From contig JAUCBJ010007513.1 in assembly GCA_032718475.1 (NCBI GenBank), positions 62,001-126,000 on the forward strand: 64,000 bases of DNA, written 5' to 3'. The notes under the pieces are model-generated. The model was given only the letters and a program-made list of their open reading frames with translations, ran no database searches and was not told the DNA's origin. Position numbers and translations under genes: made by a program. Numbering within the stretch: position 1 is the first letter of the stretch; each line of letters opens with the position of its first letter. Positions 25,676 to 37,300 of this stretch are shown here, in pieces. This DNA is from Nemertoderma westbladi. Its lineage: Eukaryota; Animalia; Xenacoelomorpha.

Positions 25676-28600
25676 TTACACATTAAAATATTCACGTATC
25701 CGATGATGTTTGACGCTAAATGTTGAGTATCTTAGGCTGTAGACGTCCTCCACAAAATTTGCGTTCATAATATCCATCCAATTAGGAACGTTGGTTATTG
25801 AACCACGAATTACATCCTTTGAGTATTCATGGTTAAGTAGGGAAATTGGCTGTGGGACTGGATAACACTGGACGCATTTTGAGTATGCTGAGCCAGCACT
25901 CATAATATGTCGGTTCCTAGAACCATCATTTCCCTTATGCCAGATTAGACTCCGTATAATGTAGTGGAGAGGGATAATAGGGCAGTTTTTAATGCGCATA
26001 ATCAGACCGGCGGCTGCTCTATAACTTTCTGCACTTATAGAATTTGTTTTCACCAGATGGTAGATACATCCATTCGAGACATAGTTTCCAACCATGAATA
26101 AGCCACGTAAAGTTTTCCTATAATAAGCATCAAGTTGAGCAGAGTGTTTGTCACTTAATCCACCAGTCAGGGAGACGAAAGTATATAGTATCGATGGCAG
26201 TGCATATGTATTCCATAGTTTTGAAATTTCTTCAGCATTACACCAGCGCGAGTTCCATCCCAGCTTGTGGAATCTTTCTGACATAATGGTTATGGCTTTC
26301 AGGCATTCTCTGAAGCAGTTGACGGAGGAGCTTGATGCAAATAGCTTATGACCTAGAAAAGTGATAATGTTTTTAGATGTTATCAGGGACCCTAGAATGC
26401 AAAGAAATGTCCGTTTATGTTGTATTCTTCCATTTGATTCTGTTTTCATCCAGTGCATTTTTGAATTTTCTATTCGTAGACCTATGGAGGTTAGACCAGT
26501 TTCGATGGTTCCAACCATGTGTTCTATTGAAGAGGGCATGGTACTCAACAGTAAAATGTCATTGGCAAAGGATATGCACCCTGCCCACATCCCATATACA
26601 GTACAGCCCAACTGTTGTTGCTTTACAGCACAGAATACATCCTTCATATAGTAATTGAATAATAGGGGTGATAACAATGACCCCTGTTCTATACCGTTAG
26701 TCATTATCAATCCATCTATGTCGATTTCTGTCCCGAACTTTAAATACGCAAGACCAATGGAATAGTAGTCCAGCAAGAGTAATGATATGTAGGGATTGAG
26801 CGTATTGGCCAGTTTGCTGATGAGGGTAACATGATTCATATTGTCGAAGGCTCCTTCTATATCCATTTGACAGACATATAATCATGATCCTTGCTGGTGA
26901 TAGTAATCCATTATTTCTAGCACCGTTGCTATTACCATATCAGGCCCTGTTCTTTGCTTATAAGCCAACTGTAGGTCATCACTATCCACATTGCCCATAT
27001 AGTGCTGTACGATGATTGACTCAAAAATCTTCGCAAAAATACATATTGAACTAACAGGTCGGTATGAGGTGGGATCCTTTCTCTGTTTACCCTTACCCTT
27101 ATATATGCTGCTAATTACGGTGTTGCCGAACAATAGTGGTAGGCGGCCCAAGTGAAGAGCTGCTGCTAGCACTTTCTCCATTGATTGACATATCGTGGTT
27201 GGCTGCAAGTGGATGATATGGTCAACTGTCAATGAGTCTAAGTCTGGGCTCTTCCCTAATGGCAGAGATAGGAATGCAGATTTTATCCAACTTTCAGAGA
27301 TCGATGGAGCTGTTGCATTATATTTCCATTCATTGAGCTTTGTTCGTAGGTTATTTCGTTCCTGTCTGTCATTGCCAGAGCTTAACTTTCCTTCCATTTG
27401 TTTTCATATGTCTTCCTGCAAGATTGGGGGGATTGCTTGAGGATACTTCTTGCCAAAAAACTTCCAGAACTTGTATGGCGCCTGATGAGTGTTAGTGGAC
27501 CCGTGAATAAGATTGTTAATCACCTTCTTCGTTGCCAACCAGTTTCTTAATCGTCGCGTAGACCTTTTTGACTGTAGGTAAGACTCATGTATCGGGTCAT
27601 TCATATCTTTGCCTTGGTTACACCAGATGGTATACAAATTCTTTGTTACCTTTGACTTCTCTTTTAGGCTGGAGTCCCTAACTCTAAGATTTCTACATTG
27701 TTTGCGTGGACGTATCATCGGAATATGCCTGTTTGCTGAACCAAAAATAATTTCTTTAATGCAGTCCATGTAACAGTTCATCGTTTCAAAATCCCAAGTT
27801 AAAGGGTTTGCTGTAATTCGCTTATTCAGGTTGTCCAATCTATCTTCAATGCATTTGGCATATTTTTCTAGCTCCTCGGATGCACATTTCTTCCAATTAA
27901 AGCGTAAGTGTCTTTTGCGGCATTTAAAATAGTTTTCCGCTGTGTTATTTTTATTTGGAGTGTTGCTGTGTTTCCTAATTTTTATGGTACCAGTAACAGG
28001 AACGTGGTCCGAGCTGTTAGAGTCAATCTCCTGGCAGCTAACTTTTCCGTCAATAAATGTGGTGCAGCCACTCGTGTTAGTTAAGATATGGTCTATGTAT
28101 GTGTTTCCATGTCCATAGAAGGTTATACATGGGCCATCAAATATATTTGTGGTGTCAATCGCAGTCAAACCTGAGTCTCCCATATAGTTCAATAGTAGCT
28201 TCCCTCTCTTAGTTGGCTTTATACGATCACAGCAATACCTTGGCCCTTGGCCTGCGCCGATGTCTGCATTACTATCCATTAGTATGTATGGGACAGCATT
28301 GGAGTATATTGATTTTAGAGATTCTATTCTGCTCAGAAATTCCGTATACGGTGTGTCTCCCTTACTGCAATCGGGAGCATATCCAGATAAGACGAGTATT
28401 TCCTGATTTGTGTGATTGGGTAGAAGTTTGAATCCAACAATATCATCTCCCGAGTCTATGCGATGCACTTCATTTATGATTGATTTCCTAACAAACATTG
28501 CGACCCCTCCTGAACCCCGTTTCCTATTAGGATTTGACATTCCATTACCAATTAAGTAGTCGCATTGAAATTCTTTGTGAAAGTCCTTTAGGTGTACACG

Positions 28601-28720
28601 AGCCTCTAAGCCATCTAGCCAATGTTCTTGGATGCCCAGTATATCACATGTGTCTAGCAGAGACATTATATACTCCTCATTGTTAATAAATCCTCGGCAG
28701 TTATATGTTGCGAGTTTCAA
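25676..28720 (-). pseudogene. LINE ORF2 (APE + RT), two in-frame stops
   Basis: Three track ORFs share one frame. APE: TYNCRG, IQEHW, IDHIL, SDHVP. RT: SYRPVS, DIEGAFD, QGSLLSP, FANDIL (YADD degenerate). Confidence 0.9.
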
Positions 28721-28880
28721 ATGTACTGATTCACTTATCCTATCCTGGTTATCCTTAATTCCCGAGGTCCCTGGTCCACTACCATGATCTCCAGTGTTAA
28801 ACCCGCTGTTTGTAGTTGTTCCTCATTAGAATTCTACTCGGTCTACTAGAAAACGAGTCAGCGACAACTTTGTTGTCTCT

Positions 28881-30200
28881 CTATCCTTCGCAGATTAGAT
28901 GTTTGGGCCAAAAACCTGGTTGTAGTACTGTATATTTGTCCGCTGGTTTAAGAATAACCTTCATGTTTTTCCCATCTCGCCTGGCATTTATTTTATAGGC
29001 GTGAATCCCTCTTGATGCTAAGTATTCCTCAATATCCTCTTCAAAGTTAGAGAGATGAATTCCTTGTAGAAGCACAACCTCAGATCTAGATGATTCCATA
29101 TACGTAGTATTGTTTGATATATTAATACCTGCATTGTTTGGCTCACTAGCCATTAGGGGGGTGCTGGTATGTGTTATCTTACAATTGTTGGTCTGTGTAG
29201 TCTTCTGAGACGCAAAGGGGACCGATGGGGCTGATATAGTATGGTGATATCGCGGTGAGGCACGTTGTTGTGTGGATTCGTTAGTTGTTGTGTCGTCAGC
29301 ATCAATCAGAATGCTATAGATATTGTTTCTAGTTATCCTACTGTAGGAAGCATCCTCCTTTTTATCATTTGCCTTGCTAGTAGGCCTACTTTTATTGTTG
29401 ATTGTCTTGTTCTTTGAGTGTTGCTTGGAATACTTGTTCATATTCATTGCATTCAAGGTGTTGATGATATTGAAGCCATTCTTCAATTCCACGCAAGGAG
29501 TTTCATGAATGGGCTCTGGTCCAACTGAGTCGATTACTACCATGCTTTCCATATCAATGCTTCTATCCGATCGGATTTCCAATAAATGATCGTTGCTGTT
29601 GTCATTGCTTGCCCTGGTTATAATATTCCCAGACAACTTGTTGGGGATATTGTTGCTGTTTGGATTGCTATGATGACAAGCTTGGTGGCTAAGGGATATG
29701 CTTTTAAGTGTTGTTTTTACTTCTTGCAGTGAGACTTCTGTTACCAGTCGCGCATGTCGTTCGTGTTGTAGATCCTCAGATAGTTTATCGTTATGTTCTT
29801 TTATAATGGCATTCTCATTTTCCATCTTACAGATTCGAGTTTGTAGTAGGGTTACAGCATTGATCATTTCCATTCTAAAAGATTCCAAGGTTACTGGAGT
29901 GTTCACTTTATTATTGTCCTTACGCAGTCTCTTTAGGCAGCTGTCTGTGACCATTCCATTAAATTTAGAATATGCAAGTTCATAAATATCGGTACCCATC
30001 TCAAAGGATGCATTCCTAAGTCTCAGATGGAGAGTTAATACCTGTATGGGTGTTAAGAGTTCTTTAATATCCTCAAATAAACATCTCTGAGTTGCGTCAA
30101 TTGGCCATTATTGTTAGTTGATATCAATTTAATTGCAATTTTCCGAGGATTTTCCATAGCTGCACGAAGATCAAAATCGGTTGTGTTATAGGTTGACATG
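28881..30200 (-). pseudogene. LINE ORF1-like protein with coiled coil, frameshifted near 30075
   Basis: Heptad-rich LQTRICKMENENAIIKEHNDKLSEDLQHER; C-terminal FWPKHLIC; lies directly upstream of ORF2; reading extends 5' of the track start. Confidence 0.65.
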
Positions 30201-31169
30201 TTCCCTGGGTTTGTATATGGACTCGACTCGATTTGGACTTTGTATTGGGACAACTAATTTAATTTCTGACAGACATGCAGTTAGCCATTCCCGCAGTTGA
30301 AAACTATTTTTATGTTCAGGGATAAGATATCTATCCCCCCTTGCTAGTGCCAGTCCATAAAGGCACACAAATGCTCCACAATCCACAGAATCTGGTGGTT
30401 GCCTTGCGAAGGGTCTGAGTGTCTTGGAAATGGACCATGTGCTGTCTTCCCCTTTAATCACTTTGAAGATAAGGTTTAGCAGATCACATATTATGGTTGT
30501 ATTAGGTGTGACTCTTGTAGTCGATAGACTGTCCAATGTGTATACGTTGAGATTTTCTAAGCAAGCAACATGTAGAATAAAGTGTCCACTGCTACACTCC
30601 GGGAATAATATAAGCGGTGTTTTTGTGACGTCACAATGGCAGGTGATATAACTAATAGCACTCGCTATATCAAAGGATGAACTTTGTAGCTTCTCGCAGA
30701 AAGCCGAGTCGATACAGGCCACATTATTATGGTTCCTCTGTAAGATTGATAGGAATGAGTCCACAATTGTAGTACTGAGAAATTTATTGGGTTTGAGAAA
30801 TGTCCAATCATCATCTCCTGGTTTAAGTATAACCAGCCCTTGGTTTTCGTGTGGTCGTGATGTTGCAGCCAATATGACGGATTCCTCGTTAAATCCATTT
30901 GTAATATCTGGGTAGAAAGGTATATTTTCGACAAATCTCACTTCATTATCCATTGAAACTCTTGGCATCCAGGTTCCGTCTTCTTGTAAGTCTTCGATGA
31001 TCACAGAAGAGTTGATATTGGTTATGGGGTCAATCCATTCATTCATCTTATTATCTGTTTGAGCATTAGAGTAATTTAATTCCATAAATGGAGTATTATC
31101 AAATCCTTCATTGTCTAGATCTATTATTTCACAGGTTTTTATTCTCTTTGTGATTGGATCCCGTATCCT
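30186..31169 (-). CDS. Ulp1/SENP-like cysteine protease domain (peptidase C48), N-terminus cut by LTR insertion
   Basis: LKPNKFLSTTIVDSFL, IDSAF, LILFP..SGHFIL (His 30582-30584), YTLDSL (Asp 30531-30533), RQPPDSVDCGAFVC (Cys 30378-30380), QLREWL. The part of the track ORF beyond 31169 is LTR sequence. Confidence 0.82.
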   Translation of the reverse strand, partial: RIRDPITKRIKTCEIIDLDNEGFDNTPFMELNYSNAQTDNKMNEWIDPITNINSSVIIEDLQEDGTWMPRVSMDNEVRFVENIPFYPDITNGFNEESVILAATSRPHENQGLVILKPGDDDWTFLKPNKFLSTTIVDSFLSILQRNHNNVACIDSAFCEKLQSSSFDIASAISYITCHCDVTKTPLILFPECSSGHFILHVACLENLNVYTLDSLSTTRVTPNTTIICDLLNLIFKVIKGEDSTWSISKTLRPFARQPPDSVDCGAFVCLYGLALARGDRYLIPEHKNSFQLREWLTACLSEIKLVVPIQSPNRVESIYKPREHVNL

Positions 31170-31711
31170 TGTGACGGGATCCAGGAGGGATCCCGGTTTA
31201 TCCGGTGTTAGTTCACGCGTCCCCGCCGTGTGTGAAGAGTAAATGAAAATGAGTAAATGAGTTCGCGTCCTTCGTTGTATATAATGATCGGTATAAAGAT
31301 ATAGATATAGGTTGTTGTACACGGAAGGCGGGATACGGTAACTAAAGTCCCGGTCCTTCCCTAGCTAAACTATCTAACCTAAACTGGCACTAATATTGCA
31401 CTGAGATAACTGAACTGATATGATTACTGCCAAGTGGCTATATTGCACGGTTGGCCTTGTTACTCTACCTAATCGATGCCTTTCCCCCCGCTGATTGGTT
31501 GATACCCTTGTTGGCGCCCTTTGGAGTGTTCCCGTTCACTCCACCTGTTCTCTCTGGGTTAGGGGTTTGGCCCCTGACCCTCATTGTGTGCTTCTCCTTC
31601 CCATTCTCATTGGGATGGCACGAGTTGGTTAATTACCCAATCTCGTGGCTCCCAATATTGCTTATCGGCTTATAACTTTATGGGGTGTTAGCGGGATTGA
31701 ATAAGCTAACA
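31170..31711 (-). repeat. 3' LTR of element B
   Basis: 542-bp direct repeat of 43141-43681. Confidence 0.95.
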
Positions 31712-32391
31712 CTCCCCCCCATGCTATCTTCCCGGTAAGAAGATAGCATCAACCAAAAAAGTGCGCTACAATCCCGCTGGATCCCGATCTAGTATCGGGT
31801 GTGGGGTGGAATTCTTTTCTCTCGGAGCCGGCTTTCCAGGCCGCTCCCTATGGGTATGATAACGCTACCCTATATGCCTGGCGTCCCGTGTCGGGCCGAT
31901 CGCGCTCACCTCTCACGCGACTTTTGTTTCCCCAACACTTTCGCCCTATCTCTTCTCCACTCTCACCCTAACTCTCGCATACCCTCGGACCTCCTCGTCC
32001 CTCACTCAGCCTCTTATTCCTCCCCCTCCACACTAGAATTGCATCCGCACTCTCTCCGCGCTTCGCACTATCACTCCGTCCCTCAACCCCACTTTTACTA
32101 TCTCATCCCTTCTGACGAATCTCACCCCCCTCCCATGCCGTCGCACTCAAGAAGTGTGAAATCGTCTGGTGTCTCGTCCATAGTGCCATAGTCAGTTTAC
32201 CCCTCAGTCCCAGTAGCTAATTGAGAAAGGTTGTATGACTATAGTACTTACTCCGAACGTATATATTTGTAGATTACTGATTGCTACGTACGTACATACA
32301 AATTGTACTTATATGATTATTCACATTAATTAAATTTGTACATAGTTCGCACGTCTCACGTGGCGCCTTCCAGGCGCACTACATCAAATCC

Positions 32392-33287
32392 TCAGTCCAT
32401 CCCTCCTTGGCGTCCGTGGTGTCCCCGAAAGTTGCACTTCGGACATCGGTTCTGCAACCGTGGACACGCTCCCATCATGTGGCTCGTCTCGTGGCAGTAG
32501 AGACAGCTGGTCCCTTTCTGGAACCGGTACAAGCAGCTCCTTTCCTGGTGGGTCTGTCTCCCACAGTAGCCGCAACCGAGTACCAATGTCTCCAATGTAC
32601 CAATGTCTCCCGCCCCATGTCGTCTTTCATCCCAAGCGATCTCCGCGGTCTGTGGAGTCGCTGATAGGCGAACTTCTAGACGTTAGCGTCCCTGTCTACG
32701 TCGATCTCCTCGCCCCTCCCGGGCATCGTCTCTCCGAATACTACCCGTGGTGCCGTCCCCGGTTGCTTGCCCAACCTGATAGTGCTCCCCGCGAAATCCA
32801 TCGCCGGCTCCTCGTGCACCCAGGCCCGCTTGCCGGGTTTGTCCCAGAAGGCTCTCGCCCCACTGGCCGTCACCACCCTCCCGCCAACCCAGTCCGTGTC
32901 CGAGTGGCCTATCCTCTCGATGGGCGGCATCTCTCCGAACTCGTCGTCGTCCTCGTCCTCCTCTCGCAGTGGTCCCAACCCCGGTATCCCGGTGGACCCA
33001 CTATGTCCCTTCCCGCCTTGGCTCTCGCCCGTAGCTCTCCATCCCTCTAGCTCCCTTAACTTCCTTTGCGGTTGTTCGCCCTCGGCGCCCGCTGGTATGG
33101 GCATCGCTTGGGTTTCGGTGATCCCACCGTCCACCCCAGTTCTTTCCCTAGAGACTCCCCCGAACTCCCTGACGAAGCCCAACGAAGTTCGTCTAAGGCT
33201 GCTTATTCCTCGAAGCCTTAGCTCTGCGCCCTAGCTTCCTCCTCCCTCTCCTCTGCTTCTCTCCTCTCTCACAAGTTTGCCTGCCAT
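32392..33287 (-). pseudogene. 3' accessory ORF of element B with triple zinc knuckle (reconstructed)
   Basis: One frame after ignoring two TAG stops and a 17-bp tandem duplication (GGAGACATTGGTACATT) near 32580-32610; ends CGYCGRQTHQERSC..CLYCHETSHMMGACPRLQNRCPKCNFRGH. Confidence 0.75.
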
Positions 33288-33719
33288 CTCGAACTCTGCC
33301 CGATCGCTCACCCGTAGGTGGTGCCTTGCCAAGGCGCAAACCTGATGAGTGATGGGTTTAGGTGGTTTAAGAGTTCAGTTCGATGGCCTATCTCTTTCTG
33401 AATTTCTGAGTTATTGCCTATTCTTACTACTGTTACCATAATTTGTTCCCCTTCTTAGCCCTATTCTTATTCTAATTTTTATTTTGATTTAATTTCAATC
33501 CTACTACCTTACTGTTTCCTATTACTTGCTACTGCCTATGGATTATTCTATCTCCTAATCCACATTCTGGCCTACTCTGTGGGCCTGTGCAGTACAGCAG
33601 TATATGTCGCGCGGCCTACACGATCTATCCAACTGTACTCATATGCCCCCCTCTCGCTACTAACTGCTAACTAATATCTATATCTTATATACCCCTTTTA
33701 CCTCTTACTCTCTCTCTTC

Positions 33720-34175
33720 TAACTAACGGTACTACGTACCCTCTAACTCTCCTCTAACTAACGGTACTACGTACCCTCTAACTCTCCTCTAACTAACAGT
33801 ACTACGTACCCTCTAACTCTCTAACTAACTAGCGGTACTATGTACCCTCTAACTAACTCTCTAACTGACTAGCGGTACTACGTACCCTCTAACTAACTCT
33901 CTAACTGACTAGCGGTACTACGTACCCTCTAACTAACTCTCTAACTAACGGTACTACGTACCCTCTAACTTTCTAACTAACGGTACTACGTACCCTCTAA
34001 CTCTCTAACTAACGGTACTACGTACCCTCTAACTAACTCTCTAACTGACTAGCGGTACTACGTACCTTCTAACTCTCTAACTAACTATCGGTACTACGTA
34101 CCTTTTAACTCTCTAACTAACTATCGGTACTACGTACCTCCTAACTAATTAACTAACTAGGTACTACGTACCTCT
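33720..34175. repeat. Tandem array of about 13 GGTAC-TAC-GTACC units with (CTAA)n/CTCT spacers
   Basis: Read directly; period about 32-40 bp; lies between pol and the accessory ORF. Confidence 0.92.
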
Positions 34176-34329
34176 TAACTAACTTCTGCCTACTAACTGC
34201 GTACCTACTATGTACTTATTATTTTGTTTTCTATTTTTTTTATATTTTTATGTGTGGGAAGGGCGTCTCGCCCTCAATCCCACCCCCCTCAGTCCAAATC
34301 TTGGACGACTAAACTCTTCCCTAACTCCA

Positions 34330-37300
34330 CTAAGGTGCTCCTTCTAGCAGACAGCATTTCCCTACAGCTCTCCTGTAGGTTTTTCTGTCCTTCGCACCTA
34401 TCTTACCACCTATCCGCACTTCTACCGATCGGACTCTTCCGTCCTCGTCGGAATAAGTGCCTACAACTCTTGCCAACCGCCACTGGTTGTTGATGATAGT
34501 ATCATCCGTAACGATTACGAGATCTCCTTCTCTTAACTCCCTATTTGGCTTCCTCCACTTACTCCTTTTATGGAGTGTGGGTAGGTATTCCACGACCCAC
34601 CTCCTCCAATACTCTGCGCTTATTGCTTTAGCGACTTTCCAACTCTGGCGGGAGTGTATGTCATCTGGGTCTACACCCCGCATATCGATGGTCGCTGGCC
34701 TTTCCATCAGGAAATGGCTAGGCGTCAGCACGTCTAATGACTCAGGGTCATCATTCTCCGGGTATAGCGGTCTGCTATTAATGATCCCCTCGCACTTCGC
34801 AAGTACTGTCCGTAAGACGTCTTCAGTGACCATGTGGGTGTTCATCAGCTTCGTCATTAGATGCTTTGAACTGCCCACCAGTCTCTCGACGCATCCTAGT
34901 GTATGAGGTGCATACGGCGTCCTTCTCTCCCACTTTACTTGTCGTCGTCTCATGGCCGCCCTGACTTCTTCTCCCTCCAAGATGTCCAAGGCCTCTGCCA
35001 TCTCACTCTCTGCGCCCACAAAGTTGGTGCCGTTGTCGCTGTATATCACCGCGATCGTCCCACCTTTGCGGTCTCTAAACCTTTCTAAGGCATTAATGAA
35101 TGCTGATGCGGTTGCATCTTGGGCGAGTTCTATCCCCACCGCCCGTGTGTTGTTGCATACGAAGATAATGCCGTAGCGTTTCTCCGTGTGTCGCATCACT
35201 TTGATCTTTATCGGCCCGAACATGTCCACACCGCAATGCGTAAATGGCGGGTCGTGCTGTCTTACCCTACTCGCCGGTAGTGGCGCCATCTCCTGTACGG
35301 CTCGCTCCTTCTTCGCTCGTCGGCAGGTCTGGCACTGCCCCACTACCGCTTTTACCTTCTTCCTCAATTGTTTGACCCAATAGGTCCTCCTTATCTCTGT
35401 GAGGGTTCGGTTGGTGCCCCCATGCAATATCGACTTGTGGGAGTCCCAGATAATCTGGTGGACTATTGGCGATCCTGTGGGAATGATGATGGGTTTCGGT
35501 GGTACGACTATGCTGTTGTTGTATCCCACCCTAGAATTCATTACTAGAATCCCGTCGTCATTGAGTTGTGGCGACAGCGTAATCAGCTCGCTGTCCCGTC
35601 GGAGGTGCTGTTGGTTACCGACACGTTCCACCTCGTCGCCATAGTTCTTCCGTTGTTCATAGCGGATGATTGCCTTAGCCGCTCCTTCCAGATCTATGTA
35701 TGTCTTGATCTTCTTGTCCTTGCCAACTCCCGCGAGGAAATTCCCGAAGGCTCTCCAGTACGCCACTAGTTTCTTGGTCTTATACCAACTAGAACTGTAG
35801 CTGAGGAGTTTATCCGTCGGGTTATCGCACAGTTCTCGTCTTGGTTGCACGTCCCTAATCTCCCTCACCATCTGGGAGTATATCTCTTCTCCCTCTGAAT
35901 CTCCCTCTTCTCCCTGTGATACCACTTCTGAGCCCGGATCCACCTTTCTCATCGGCGGCCAGGCCTCCTTATCGCTCAGAAATCGTGGCCCATGCTGCCA
36001 CAATACTTCCTTCTTCAAGAAAGTGTGGCGTTCCACGCCCCTCGACAGCAAGTCCGCTGGGTTCTCGTCTGTTGGGCAGTAGTGCCACCTTCCCAGTTCT
36101 GTGGTCGCCCTTATTTCGTCCACTCTATTTGCGACGAATATCGGGTATCTCGTCCTTTCGTTATGTAGCCAACCAAGCACTACCATGGAGTCCGTCCAAT
36201 AGTGTGTCTCCACTATGTTGGGAATAGTATCCACTAGGTAGGCTGTGGCTCTAACTCCTAGTCTCGCAGCTGTCAATTCTAACTTGGGAACTGATGCTGA
36301 ATCTGGCGGCGTCGACTTTGCTTTGCTAAAGGCTAGTCTGGGCTTTTGAGCCCCCTCTCGTTGTACTAAATAAAGTGCCGCTCCGTACGCCTCCAACGAC
36401 GCATCGGAGAACATGTGTAGGTCCAGATTCGTCATGTTCCCATCCGGGAAATACACTCGTGGCATGTTGTATGTTCCCATCTTCTCCAAGTCTCCTGTCC
36501 ACTTACTCCACTGTTTCTTGATTTCCTCTGGTACCTCTACGTCCCACTCATCTTTCAATTTGTATACTCTCTTGAGTATCTGTTTTCCCGTGACTAATAA
36601 TGGGGATGCTAGGCCTAGGGGATCGTATATCCTTGCTATATACGATACATAGCCCCTCTTCGTGTGGATGTCTGCGCCCTCTTGGCTCAGCTGATACTTC
36701 AGTTCGTCTGTCTCTCTATCCCACACGATTCCCAATGCCTTCTGTTGAGATTCTGTTCTCTTAATCGCCATGTCCTGCCCTTTGGCTGTTGTGGGATTAT
36801 CCATGGTCGATTCTGGCCTCTTGTCCTCTATCGCCTTGATAAATTCTTCCGAACTGGATTGGAATTTGGTCAGGTTAAAGCCGGATCCTTTTAGGATGTC
36901 GCGAACCTCGCGCCCCGTGTCCAGTATCTCCTTAACCGTATTTCCAGACTCCATTCCGTCGTCTACGTAGAAGCCGCGTCGAATCATATCGACGGCCCTA
37001 GTGCTGTATCTATCTTCCTTCCCCTTCACTGTGTCTCTCACTGCCATAGTCGTCGTAAATGAAGACGACTTGGCCCCCATGTTTTGTACTACCATCTTAT
37101 ATGCTGGTATTATCGGCGGTTCTTCCTCGCCGTTATACCATAAGAAGCGCTGACTGTCGCTATCTTCTTCCGTTACACGGACTTGGTTGAACATGCCTTC
37201 TATGTCACACGTGAAGGCGTGTTTCCCATTCCTAAATCTAAGTAGGACCTCTATGCCCGAGTTGTATATGTTTGGGCCTTCTAACAGGTAGTCGTTTAAG

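Larger units (their letters stand above)
25361..31169 (-). mobile_element. APE-type LINE (RTEX/CR1-like) with ORF1 and ORF2, interrupted at 31170 by BEL element B; probable 5' remainder at 43682-43810
   Basis: (TGAAA)n 3' tail at 25361-25379; ORF2 and ORF1 arranged in order on the minus strand. Confidence 0.85.

Noticed and set aside
31170-31322. N-terminus of the 378-aa Ulp1 ORF in the track
   Set aside because: This part is LTR sequence that happens to be in frame.
33720-34175. CRISPR-like repeat-spacer array
   Set aside because: Spacers are low-complexity variants of one another, there are no cas genes, and the context is a eukaryotic retrotransposon.
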